From an uncultured Spirochaetota bacterium (GTDB lineage: Bacteria; Spirochaetota; Spirochaetia; SZUA-6; Fen-1364): a DNA stretch of 64,000 nucleotides. Positions 28,587 to 37,501 of the stretch are shown one piece after another. Position 1 is the stretch's first letter. Every line of letters starts with the position of its first letter. The position numbers were made by a program, and so were the translations under genes. Where the stretch lies: contig CAWAHW010000007.1 in the NCBI GenBank assembly GCA_963781885.1, positions 448,001-512,000 on the forward strand, in the 5' to 3' direction. The notes below the pieces were generated by a model. The model had not been told where the DNA came from and did no database searches. It worked only from the letters and a program-made list of their open reading frames with translations.

Positions 28587-30977
28587 CTACTTGAGCGGGA
28601 AATCCTGCTTGAACTCATAATCCCCACTGTTGACGTTCACCACGGACACTTGGAGTGAATCCGGATCCGACGCCACCAGGGGGAAGTAACGCGCGATGGG
28701 AGACTTGGAGGGTGGCTGGATGTAGGCCGAAGATGGCACAGCCGTCTCCAGCAATGAGAAATAGATGATCTTGTCGACTCCATAGTACGACTTCAAGGTC
28801 GTGATTGTCGCGGCAGGCGCAACGGGCGCAGCAGGCGCTGCCGCCGCAGCCCCGGCCGTTGTCGCCGATCCCGCGGCGGGAGCCGCGGCAGGCGCAGCGG
28901 GCGTCACGGGTGGAGGGGCCATCGAAATCCACTTGGAGATCAGGAGAGGCGACAGATAGAGCATTTCCTCCGTGTCCGCGTCCGTATTCGCCGCCTTGGG
29001 GTTCGCCAGACGCACCGATTTCAGGATCAGGTAGCGCGAGTACAACGATTCCATCTTTTCATTCGGCGCCGCGTCACCCGCGACGAGCGCCGTGCACAGC
29101 CCGTCCTCGAACCACGTCTGCATCAGGTTGATCGCGACGGTCAGGTTGAGCTCCTGGGTCGGAGTCAAGGTGTCCTCCGCCTTTTTCTTGCCGCCGAATC
29201 CCATCTTCGACCAGAACGACGGGGGCACTTTGGGAATGGGCTCACCGAACGTGCGCAGGACCTCGTAGGCGTCGAAGTAGCTCATCATGAGCGCCTGCTG
29301 GTCGCTGCCCGGCGGGATCCTGTTGAGGATGAAGTCCTCTGCGGACGGCTTTTCATTCCCCGGTGTCTGACCTGCCGTGATGTCGCTGATGTAGTTGTTG
29401 GCGATCTCCATGCGGCGATTGATGAGGGCGGTATGGGTTGTGTCGGTGACGACGCCCGCGCTCCGCAACGCATCCGCGAGCCCCGTGAACGACCGTGTGC
29501 GCGCGAAGCAGCGATAGAGCACGCTCTGATCCAGCTCCGCATCCGTGCCGAGCGTGAGGAAATCGCTGAGCACGACACGGCCGTTGTCGGCCATGTCGAT
29601 GATCTTGATGTAGATACCCAGAATCTTGCCGCTCAGCTCCAGGTCCTTTTCCCCCTGGAGGAGCTGCACGCCCTGGATCTTCTTCCACAGCACCCGGTAG
29701 CCGATCATGTACTGCGCGCCGTAGTAGTTCTTGAACTGCGTATAGTCTCCGCCGAGGACGGGGTTGATGTAGTGCACGGCGTGTGCAAGCTGCCAGGGCT
29801 GCTTGTACTGCCGGGGGAAGAGCTTGTCGACGATTGTGACGGTCTGGGTGGAGGAAAGCTGGAATGACCCGAAGAAGCCTTCCAGCGCGTTCTCCACCGC
29901 GAAGTCCTCCCTCGTGATGGGATACGATCCAAAGATCGGGATGTCGTCGATTTTCATGAGCACGGCTGTCATCGAGCGCACACCCTGGTCCCGAAGGGAA
30001 CGGACGAAGGCGTCTTTCTGGGCGCTGACGGCCTGCGGCGGGATGGTGAGCCGAAGGGTGCCGAGGAAGGGAGTCTTTTCCTTCGGGAACTTGTCCGAGA
30101 GCAGGCTCTTTGTTCCGCTCCACAGGATCTTTCCGCCCCGCGCGATATCGATGAGACGGAAGCTCACCTGGATGCCGACGTAATCCATCATGCCCATGGC
30201 GACAACGTTGTTGATCGAATACATCAGAAGCTTCGAGATCTTGTTCGGATCGTAGGTCTTCTGGACGTTGCTCCACGTGCTGAAATTGATCATGTCGGTG
30301 CCGAAAACCAGTCTGCCCGCGAGCAGATCCTTCAAGCTCTTCTGCGATTCATCCGGAACGTCCTTCAGGTCCATGGCGGGGGTCACCAGGCGTTCGAAGC
30401 CCTTCCCCTGCTTCTTGAGCACGGCGCTGAGAAGGCCGCTTTCGAACGAGTCAATGAAATAGGGGTTGGCCTTGACAAATTCGTTCAGGGAAAAATTGCC
30501 GAGCCCTGAATACCCGGCGCCCGCGAGCGTGCGCCCCAGGAGGAGCTCGTCGTACTTGTCTCCGCTGGTCTTCAGCTTATAGACCTTCTTGCCGCTGTCC
30601 AGAGAGAACAGGTCGCTGAGTATCTTCACCTCGGGAATGGGGCCGTTGGGGCTCGTCTCCCGGGGCTTGAACAGCTTCTGGACGTTGGGCTGGATGATTC
30701 CTTCGAAGTCCTCCTGCTTCACCTCCAGCGGGGTCGGCACGAAACGCCACGCGTCGGCTCCGTAGAACGCGGGCATGTTGGCGAGCAGGATGCGGTCTCC
30801 CCGCTCCACGAATTGATCGACAATCGGCTGCAGCGCGTCCTGGGCCAGCTTGTAGACGTCGGAGTTGTTGATGGCTTCGAGCTTCGACGGCTCCGGGGGC
30901 GTCGACTTGCAGCCGACGAAGACTGCGAAGACGCAGAGCACGACGGCGGGAACGGCGACACGGCGGCCTGTTCGCAT
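28587..30977 (-). CDS. Lipoprotein with three tandem CsgG/LpoB-like domains
   Basis: AAGGAGG SD; lipobox FAVFVG-C; three units ending VSFRLIDIARGGKILWS, IYIKIIDMADNGRVVLS and VSVVNVNSGDYEF. Confidence 0.65.
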   Translation of the reverse strand: MRTGRRVAVPAVVLCVFAVFVGCKSTPPEPSKLEAINNSDVYKLAQDALQPIVDQFVERGDRILLANMPAFYGADAWRFVPTPLEVKQEDFEGIIQPNVQKLFKPRETSPNGPIPEVKILSDLFSLDSGKKVYKLKTSGDKYDELLLGRTLAGAGYSGLGNFSLNEFVKANPYFIDSFESGLLSAVLKKQGKGFERLVTPAMDLKDVPDESQKSLKDLLAGRLVFGTDMINFSTWSNVQKTYDPNKISKLLMYSINNVVAMGMMDYVGIQVSFRLIDIARGGKILWSGTKSLLSDKFPKEKTPFLGTLRLTIPPQAVSAQKDAFVRSLRDQGVRSMTAVLMKIDDIPIFGSYPITREDFAVENALEGFFGSFQLSSTQTVTIVDKLFPRQYKQPWQLAHAVHYINPVLGGDYTQFKNYYGAQYMIGYRVLWKKIQGVQLLQGEKDLELSGKILGIYIKIIDMADNGRVVLSDFLTLGTDAELDQSVLYRCFARTRSFTGLADALRSAGVVTDTTHTALINRRMEIANNYISDITAGQTPGNEKPSAEDFILNRIPPGSDQQALMMSYFDAYEVLRTFGEPIPKVPPSFWSKMGFGGKKKAEDTLTPTQELNLTVAINLMQTWFEDGLCTALVAGDAAPNEKMESLYSRYLILKSVRLANPKAANTDADTEEMLYLSPLLISKWISMAPPPVTPAAPAAAPAAGSATTAGAAAAAPAAPVAPAATITTLKSYYGVDKIIYFSLLETAVPSSAYIQPPSKSPIARYFPLVASDPDSLQVSVVNVNSGDYEFKQDFPLK

Positions 30978-31190
30978 GACACCCTCCTTGGCTCCCTCGA
31001 GATTCATTCCATGGACGAGGGGAAAGAGAACAATACTGTCAGGCGCCGATCCGGTGACGTGTCATTGTCTGAGTGAGGACGGAGCGGGACCCGATGGACC
31101 GCTCCCTGTGCATTCTCATTGACACTTCACCAATCGACTGCTGCTGAATAACCTGACCGTACCACCCCGTGACGGCCTCGTCAAGGCGTC

Positions 31191-33212
31191 TTAGGGGGGC
31201 ACGATCACTTCCCAGGTGTCGAAGTCTTCCGAGATGCCTTTTGCCGTGATGCGGCCCGCGAAACGGGTGCTCACCGCCTCTTTCACCGCGTCGTAGACCG
31301 GCGCGCTCACCAGGACGCCGTCCACGGGAGCCTTGCTTTCCAGCCGTGAGCCGAGGTTCACGTTCGCGCCGATGGCGGTATAGGCCATGATGCGGCGCGA
31401 GCCCATGTCCCCGACGACCGCCTCGCCCGTATTGATGCCAATGCGGATGTGGAGCTGCGCCCGCCCCTCCGCCTCCCAGCGCTCCCGCAGACCCCGCAGG
31501 GCTTGCTGCATCTCGATGCCGGTCCGCACGGCGCGCAGCGCGTGGTCGCTCTGGGGGAGCGGATCGCCGAAGAATGCCATGAGTCCGTCGCCGATGAACT
31601 TGTCCACCGTGCCTTCGTGGCGGAAAACGATCTCCGTCATCACCTCGAAATACTCGTTGAGCGTGCGGTGGATCGCATCCGGCGTCTGGGTGGTTGACCA
31701 GGAGGTGAAACCCGAGATGTCGCTGAACAGCACCGTGATCACCTTCTGGTCCGCCGTCATGAGCCTGTCCTGGCTGGCGAGGATCTTCGTCATGAGCTTG
31801 GGGGCGAAATAGCGCTCCATGCGCAGCCGGAAGGCGAGCTTCTCCCTCTCCGAGAGGAGGAACCGGTACGCGTTTACTGCGATCAGGAGCAGCACCACGC
31901 CGAGGGTGGGCGCCGCGAGCGTCGGCATGATGCCGCCCGCCGCGAAGAGCCAGAACTCCGCCGCGACGAGGGCCGCCCAGGCGAGCAGGCAGAGCAGCGA
32001 GCAGGCAAGCGGGCGCAGGCGCCACGCGAAAAACCAGACCAGCGCGGCAAACGCCGCGTTCAGGATGAGCACCATCCACCACGCGGGGGCGCGCAGGAAG
32101 CGATCCGAGAGAATGCTGTTGAGGACGTTCAGGTGGAGGCCCGCCTTCGGGTAGACCTGCTCGAATGGGGTCGGACCGTAGTCGGCGCCGCTCGTCGTGA
32201 TGTCGGCGACAAGGACATGCGCGCTGTCCATCACGGACGCCGCCTGGTCGGCCACGTCGGGGTCGTTCTCCGCCTGCAGGAGACCGGCGAACGAAGACCG
32301 CGCGAAACCTGCGCCCCAGGGTCCTGCAAAATCGACGATCATGCGGCCGTTGCGGTCTATGGGTATCGATACGTCCCGCGTGGTGCCGTCCGGCATCTTC
32401 GCCCCCGGCAGGCGGAGAGTGGCGCCGAAGGAGACCTCGATCGTCGACGGGTCCACCTGGAGGGCGTCCGTCGCCGCCGCCAGCGCGAGGCTCGGCATGT
32501 AGCCGTCCCCGTAGCGAATGAGAAGGGGCATGCGCCGGTAGACACCGTCGGGGTCGGGCTCGCTGTCGTAATGCGCGATGCCGCGCGCGGCGGCCGTCAG
32601 GGCGGCAAAGCTCACGGTCGACGAGCGCGCGGTGAGGGGACTGCCGGCGCGGAGGATTTTCGGGTGCCACAGCCACCGCGCCAGAGGATCGGGGCCCGTC
32701 GGCGCCGGTGCGGCGAGCTTGTCGTATGCAAGCGGCGGAAGGAGGGCCGGAAGGATCACGTTCCCCGCCCCGGCGACCGCCGCGACGAACGCCGCGTCCC
32801 CGTCCGGCAGTCCCTGCTCGGGGAAGTCGATGTCGAAGATGATCGAGGAGGCACCGGCGGTGGAGAGCACCCTCACGAGCTGGGCGAAGTCGCGGCGGTC
32901 GCCGGTTTTCATCCCGAGCGTGCGCAGCTCGGAATCGCTCAGGTCGACGTGGTTGATGGAGGGGGCGATCTTCTCCGTTCCCCGAAGACGGTAGCGGAGC
33001 TGGAAGAAAAGGTCGTTGAGACGGTTGTTCCAGTCGCCGCGAATGCCGGCCGCCGCAAGCGACAGCACCCAGGCGAGGCCGAGACAGAGCGCGACGATGA
33101 GGGCGAAGGTGAGCCCGGTCCGGCGATCAGTGCTCGAGCCGGAAGATCTTGCTGTAGTACCCCGCGGCGTCGATGCGGGTTGCGAGCTTTGCGATTGCGT
33201 CGTTGATGCCAC
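31191..33212 (-). CDS. CHASE2-domain class III adenylate cyclase
   Basis: CHASE2 motifs IIFDIDF, PDPDGVYRRMPL, PSLALAAA, IPIDRNGRMIVDF; three TM helices; VLFSDISGFT, DKFIGDGLMAFFG, RIGINTG, YTAIGANVNLGSRLE (Lys and Thr specificity residues point to ATP). Confidence 0.92.
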   Translation of the reverse strand: MASTTQSQSSQPASTPRGTTARSSGSSTDRRTGLTFALIVALCLGLAWVLSLAAAGIRGDWNNRLNDLFFQLRYRLRGTEKIAPSINHVDLSDSELRTLGMKTGDRRDFAQLVRVLSTAGASSIIFDIDFPEQGLPDGDAAFVAAVAGAGNVILPALLPPLAYDKLAAPAPTGPDPLARWLWHPKILRAGSPLTARSSTVSFAALTAAARGIAHYDSEPDPDGVYRRMPLLIRYGDGYMPSLALAAATDALQVDPSTIEVSFGATLRLPGAKMPDGTTRDVSIPIDRNGRMIVDFAGPWGAGFARSSFAGLLQAENDPDVADQAASVMDSAHVLVADITTSGADYGPTPFEQVYPKAGLHLNVLNSILSDRFLRAPAWWMVLILNAAFAALVWFFAWRLRPLACSLLCLLAWAALVAAEFWLFAAGGIMPTLAAPTLGVVLLLIAVNAYRFLLSEREKLAFRLRMERYFAPKLMTKILASQDRLMTADQKVITVLFSDISGFTSWSTTQTPDAIHRTLNEYFEVMTEIVFRHEGTVDKFIGDGLMAFFGDPLPQSDHALRAVRTGIEMQQALRGLRERWEAEGRAQLHIRIGINTGEAVVGDMGSRRIMAYTAIGANVNLGSRLESKAPVDGVLVSAPVYDAVKEAVSTRFAGRITAKGISEDFDTWEVIVPP

Positions 33213-33777
33213 GCGTTCCTCCCGCGATGGTCACCGGCTTTTCCGCCGCCGCGGCGAGCGCGCTGTGCTGCTGGTTGAGGCGCTTGATCTCGTCCAGCAC
33301 CGCCTGCCGGGCGGCGGCTTTCGCCGCGGCCGTCGATCCCTGATTCGAAGCGGTTTTCTGGAGCGTCGTGAGGAGCGACTCCAGCGTCCGCAGCCGCTCG
33401 GACGACGCCACCAGGTAGAAACGCTCGGTGCCTTTTGCGCTGTCGAGCGTGAACCAGTCATCCCCCTCGGGGATGAAATAGCGGCTCTGGGCGTAGGATG
33501 CCTTGCCGAACAGGTCGAAGGAGTCGGGGAAGAGAAGCTGCGTGTCGTCGCTCGCGTCTTGGAGAATGAGATAGACGAACGACGAGGCGGCCGGGGCGAT
33601 GTGGATCTTGAAAAGGTCTCCCGGCTTGATGTTGACCTTCTCCGAGAAGTTGATGGGGACCGCGGAGCCGTCCGCGGCGCGCTTGACGAATGCCCAGGTG
33701 AAGGAAAGCTTCGCTTCCTGTGCGGCAATCCCCGCCGCGACGAGAAGCAGGAGGAGGACGGCCGTCGTTCTTCTCAT
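33127..33777 (-). CDS. DUF4384-like exported protein
   Basis: Signal peptide; GDLFKIHI...FVYLILQD...LLFP...YFIP...FTLD..KGTERFYLVAS pattern. Confidence 0.78.
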   Translation of the reverse strand: MRRTTAVLLLLLVAAGIAAQEAKLSFTWAFVKRAADGSAVPINFSEKVNIKPGDLFKIHIAPAASSFVYLILQDASDDTQLLFPDSFDLFGKASYAQSRYFIPEGDDWFTLDSAKGTERFYLVASSERLRTLESLLTTLQKTASNQGSTAAAKAAARQAVLDEIKRLNQQHSALAAAAEKPVTIAGGTRGINDAIAKLATRIDAAGYYSKIFRLEH

Positions 33778-33786
33778 GGCGCCATC

Positions 33787-34377
33787 TTACTCCTCTCCCG
33801 GAGGGGACGCAAGCGGAGACGGGAAAAAGAACAGGAGCCCCAGATCAAATCCGAGGGTATAGTAGATCGTGTCGGACTGGAGAGAATAGTACAGGTTGAA
33901 GGTGGGTCCCACGCTGAAGGAAACGGAGGGGTTCAGCCTCAGCGCGAGCCCGGCATTGAGCTCGGTCCAGAAGCCGGGAACGGAAGAATCCGAGGTTGAC
34001 TGTCCCGACGACGACGATCCCTGGAAACTGAGCTCCACCGCCGTGGTGTCGCGGAGAAATGGCATGGCGTCCCCGAAGGAAAAATACATGCCTGCCTGGA
34101 AACCGGGAGAGACGTCGAGGTACCAGCTGCCGTTCTGCGTGGCGTTGTTTTGCGTGCTCGAGTAGGTGACCGAAATATACGGGCCTATTTCGAACAGGCG
34201 GCTCGTGAAGAATCCGCCCCAGCCGTACAGGCTGAAGCTGCTGGTCGGCGCGGCGCTGGAGAGGGGTATGCTTGCCCACCCGCCCGTGCCGCCCTGGATG
34301 ATTCCCCCGCCGCTTTCCTGCGCGCCGGCGAGCATCGGGATGGCGAAGATGATGACCGTAAGGGCGAAGCGCTTCAT
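33787..34377 (-). CDS. Small outer-membrane beta-barrel protein
   Basis: AAGGAG SD; signal peptide ending AGA; about eight amphipathic Gly/aromatic strands, last YTLGFDLGLLFFF. Confidence 0.65.
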   Translation of the reverse strand: MKRFALTVIIFAIPMLAGAQESGGGIIQGGTGGWASIPLSSAAPTSSFSLYGWGGFFTSRLFEIGPYISVTYSSTQNNATQNGSWYLDVSPGFQAGMYFSFGDAMPFLRDTTAVELSFQGSSSSGQSTSDSSVPGFWTELNAGLALRLNPSVSFSVGPTFNLYYSLQSDTIYYTLGFDLGLLFFFPSPLASPPGEE

Positions 34378-34522
34378 AGGCACTCCTTCTCGGACGCGGA
34401 TTCGTCTTTCACTCGTTCGACGGGACGGTGCATCCCGATCGTACATCAACCGCCCGGCTTTCCGCAACACGCGGGGGATGCAACGTGGACGAGACTGTCC
34501 CGGTCATATATGCTCCCCGCTG

Positions 34523-35539
34523 ATGAACGAGGTCCAGATCGTAAGGTTTGGCGGACCCCCGGTTCTGCGGCTCGTGGAACGGCCGTCACCGGCCCTGACG
34601 GCCGGACACGTACGGATCACGGTAAGCGCCGCCGGGGTGAATTTCGCCGACGTGCAGATGCGCATGGGTCTGTATCCCGAGGCTCCCCGTACCCCCTTTG
34701 TGCCCGGCTTCGAGGTTGCCGGCGTCATTTCCGAGGTGGGCCCGGAGGTGACCTCCTTCCGTCGCGGCCAGCGGGTGCTGTCCATGTGCCGCTTCGGCGG
34801 CTATGCCGATGAGATCGTCCTGCCGGCAGCGCACGTGCGGCCCACGCCGCGCAGGCTGTCCGACAAGGAGGCGGCGGCGATTCCCGTCGCATTCGCCTCC
34901 GCGTGGATCGCCCTGATGGACATGGCGCGGATCCGCGAAGGCGACCGCATCCTCATCCCCGGCGCCGCGGGCGGTCTTGGAACGGCCATGGTGCAGATCG
35001 CGGTCAAGGCAGGCGCGCAGGTGGTCGGTCTCGTCGGAAGCAGCGGGAAAAAAGAGCTCGTGCGGTCGCTGGGCGCCGCGGAAGTGCTGACGTATGACGA
35101 GCTTCAGGCGCGGGACGGCGGCTACGGCCGGGATTTTTCCGTCATCGCCGAACCGCGGGGGGCGCGGGCGCTGAAAGACTCCATGCGGCGATTGGCCCCG
35201 GGCGGCCGGGTGGTGAGCTACGGGGTTTCTTCCATAGTGACGGGTTTGCGTCGATCCATTCCGCGTACGCTCCTCTGGCTTCTCCGCACCCCGCTCTTCA
35301 CGAATATCGGCCTGCAAATGGCAAACACGGGGCTCATTGGCCTGAACATGCTGAAGCTTTTCGACACCGAGCTTGGGCAGGACATGCTCATGCGGGCCAT
35401 GGATACGGTGCTGGAAGGATTCGAGACAGGCGCGTATAAGGCAGTCGTCGCCAAGTCCTTTGCCCTTTCAGATGCAGGTGCCGCGCAGGAGTTTCTCCAG
35501 AGCGGAAAAAGCGTCGGCAAGATTGTCTTAGTCTGCTGA
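34523..35539 (+). CDS. MDR-family NADPH:quinone oxidoreductase (VAT-1-like)
   Basis: AAGVNFAD, PFVPGFEVAG, FGGYA, GAAGGLG, GKSVGKIVL. Confidence 0.88.
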   Translation: MNEVQIVRFGGPPVLRLVERPSPALTAGHVRITVSAAGVNFADVQMRMGLYPEAPRTPFVPGFEVAGVISEVGPEVTSFRRGQRVLSMCRFGGYADEIVLPAAHVRPTPRRLSDKEAAAIPVAFASAWIALMDMARIREGDRILIPGAAGGLGTAMVQIAVKAGAQVVGLVGSSGKKELVRSLGAAEVLTYDELQARDGGYGRDFSVIAEPRGARALKDSMRRLAPGGRVVSYGVSSIVTGLRRSIPRTLLWLLRTPLFTNIGLQMANTGLIGLNMLKLFDTELGQDMLMRAMDTVLEGFETGAYKAVVAKSFALSDAGAAQEFLQSGKSVGKIVLVC

Positions 35540-35558
35540 ATTATCTTAAAAATTTTAA

Positions 35559-35586
35559 TTGACAATTAATTTATTTAATATATATT
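35559..35586 (+). promoter_or_regulatory. AT-rich sigma70 promoter of the DUF2089 gene
   Basis: TTGACA-16bp-TATATT, 6 nt before the ATG. Confidence 0.65.
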
Positions 35587-35592
35587 AGAGGT

Positions 35593-36048
35593 ATGCCAAG
35601 AAACAGAATCGACGCAAACGTCCGCTGCCCATCATGTAACGGTCAACTATTTCCAAGGGTACTGGTCTGCGATTCGTGTGGGCTCAAGGTCGAAGGGGAG
35701 TTCATCATGAACGAGTTCGGGTCTCTCACTCCCGACGAGCTGCACTTCCTGCGCGTCTTCATCTACTGTGAGGGAAGGATCCGCGACATGGAGGCCGCGC
35801 TCGGCGTGAGCTACCCCACCGTGAAAGGACACTTGGCCACCATCAAGCAGAAGCTCAACCTTGCGCCGCATCCGGGTCGGCCCGCCGCACCTGCCGCAAG
35901 TGATGCCGCGCAGGGAGGCGGGGCAGAGATGAGCGACGAGCAGGTCCTCGACGGGCTGGAATCCGGGCAGGTCAGCTACAAGGATGCGCTCAGCCTTCTG
36001 CGGTCAAGGAAAAAAGGAGAAAAGGCCGATGAGCAGCAAGGCAGCTGA
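35593..36048 (+). CDS. DUF2089-family zinc-ribbon/HTH protein with SHOCT-like tail
   Basis: CPSC...CDSC..VEGEF; FLRVFIYCEGRIRDMEAALGVSYPTVK; VLDGLESGQVSYKDALSLL. Confidence 0.88.
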   Translation: MPRNRIDANVRCPSCNGQLFPRVLVCDSCGLKVEGEFIMNEFGSLTPDELHFLRVFIYCEGRIRDMEAALGVSYPTVKGHLATIKQKLNLAPHPGRPAAPAASDAAQGGGAEMSDEQVLDGLESGQVSYKDALSLLRSRKKGEKADEQQGS

Positions 36049-37318
36049 CAGGATTCGCGCGATGCAGGAGAAAGGCATCCTCACCCCGGCGCAGGCCGAA
36101 GAGCTCCTGAAGGCGCTGGAGGGAAGCGATGAGGAACCGGGTGCCCCCGCGTCATCGGAGCCGCTCGAGCCGCCACCAGGCGCTTCCGCGCACGCCGACG
36201 CGGAATCGGACAGCAAGTGGGACGACGACGAAGAAAGAGTGCGCGGGCGCGGCCGGCATCGTCGGCAGCGGCCTTTTCTCCCGGACGGCCTCCTGGAGAT
36301 GGACTGGGTGAATGACATGGTGGACGGCATCACCAGCGGGCTCGGCGTCCACGTCCAGGACAAGGTGCGGGGGGCGACAGGCGACGACTGGAGCGAAGGC
36401 TGGGGCGGGCACTGGACGGCGAACGGGCAGAACTCGTCGCGCATCGAGCAGCCCGAAGGGGAGCAGTACGAGTTTCGCGGCAACCGCGTGGTCTTCAGCA
36501 GGCTGACCGGCATGCACCTGGTGCGGTCCAAGGTCAAGGACAACTCGTTCTCCGCCTCCACGTTCAAGGACATCGAGCTCGTGGACAGCACGATGCAGGA
36601 CTGCGCGCTCGCCGGCGCCTCCCTGCACGAGCTGCGGATGGAGCATGCGGAGCTGAAGGACGTGTCCGTGTCGGGCTCAAAGACCAACCGGATCAGCCTT
36701 CAGGATTCCACCACGGTGAAGGGGCTGCGCATTTCAGGGTCCCGGGTCAACGGCATGACCCTGCAGGAAAACTGCAGCATCCACGATACCCGATTCTCCG
36801 GGGCCGTCATCACGGCGCTTACTCTCATCCGGTCGTCGAGGATGAAGGACGTGCGCCTCACCGGCGCGACGGTCAACAGGCTCTCGCTGGAAGGGGCGTC
36901 CATGGACAATGTTCGGGCGCAGGGATCGGTCCTGGAGAGCTCGCACATCACCGATTCCCAGCTTCAGGACACCGACCTTCGCGGCACCCGTTTCCGGGAC
37001 GCCGAGATCACCGCCTCCAAGATCAAGGACTGCCGCTTCGATGCGATCGCCTTTGACGGGCTGAAGATCGCGAGCAGCACGCTGCGCAAGGTGAGCTTTC
37101 GCGACGCCAACTACAAGATGTACAGCAATCTCCGCGCACAGGCGGAGAAGCTTTCGATCATCGACTGCGACCTGGACGAGATTGACTTTTCCGAATGCAC
37201 GATCCGCAACACGACGATCCAGGGCATCAAGGTGCACGGATTGCGGATTCGCGGGGCGGACCTGTCTGGAATGACGATTGCCCGTGTCGAGGACCTGGAG
37301 GCCCTTGGACGAAGATAG
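36029..37318 (+). CDS. SHOCT-like N-terminus plus pentapeptide-repeat beta-helix protein
   Basis: RIRAMQEKGILTPAQAEELLKAL; long run of 5-residue repeats (STFKD IELVD STMQD CALAG ASLHE ... ADLSG MTI). Confidence 0.8.
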   Translation: MSSKAADRIRAMQEKGILTPAQAEELLKALEGSDEEPGAPASSEPLEPPPGASAHADAESDSKWDDDEERVRGRGRHRRQRPFLPDGLLEMDWVNDMVDGITSGLGVHVQDKVRGATGDDWSEGWGGHWTANGQNSSRIEQPEGEQYEFRGNRVVFSRLTGMHLVRSKVKDNSFSASTFKDIELVDSTMQDCALAGASLHELRMEHAELKDVSVSGSKTNRISLQDSTTVKGLRISGSRVNGMTLQENCSIHDTRFSGAVITALTLIRSSRMKDVRLTGATVNRLSLEGASMDNVRAQGSVLESSHITDSQLQDTDLRGTRFRDAEITASKIKDCRFDAIAFDGLKIASSTLRKVSFRDANYKMYSNLRAQAEKLSIIDCDLDEIDFSECTIRNTTIQGIKVHGLRIRGADLSGMTIARVEDLEALGRR

Positions 37319-37337
37319 AAAATACAGACCCAGAAAG

Positions 37338-37369
37338 AAGCCGCGGTGAATGCTCGCCGCGGTTTTTTT
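37338..37369 (+). terminator. Rho-independent terminator
   Basis: GCCGCGGTGA-ATGC-TCGCCGCGGT stem followed by a T run. Confidence 0.8.
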
Positions 37370-37429
37370 ATTGCCATTTTTAGAGGAATCAATTTATTTA
37401 ATATTGTATTAAAAAATTTAAGATTTATA

Positions 37430-37458
37430 TTGACAATTATTAAATAACTTGCTATAGT
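37430..37458 (+). promoter_or_regulatory. Near-consensus extended -10 promoter of the ABC exporter
   Basis: TTGACA-17bp-TATAGT with TG at the extended position. Confidence 0.8.
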
Positions 37459-37501
37459 CAATTTATAATTTATGCCATGGAATGGCAAAGGAGACGATGC
37501 T

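Noticed and set aside
28800-28920. GC-rich quasi-repeats
   Set aside because: They encode an Ala/Pro linker; no repeat-spacer periodicity, so not CRISPR
31081-31150. Hairpin GGAGCGG..CCGCTCC and a plus-strand TTGACA in the cyclase-lipoprotein gap
   Set aside because: No U tract and no properly spaced -10; insufficient for a terminator, sRNA or antisense promoter call
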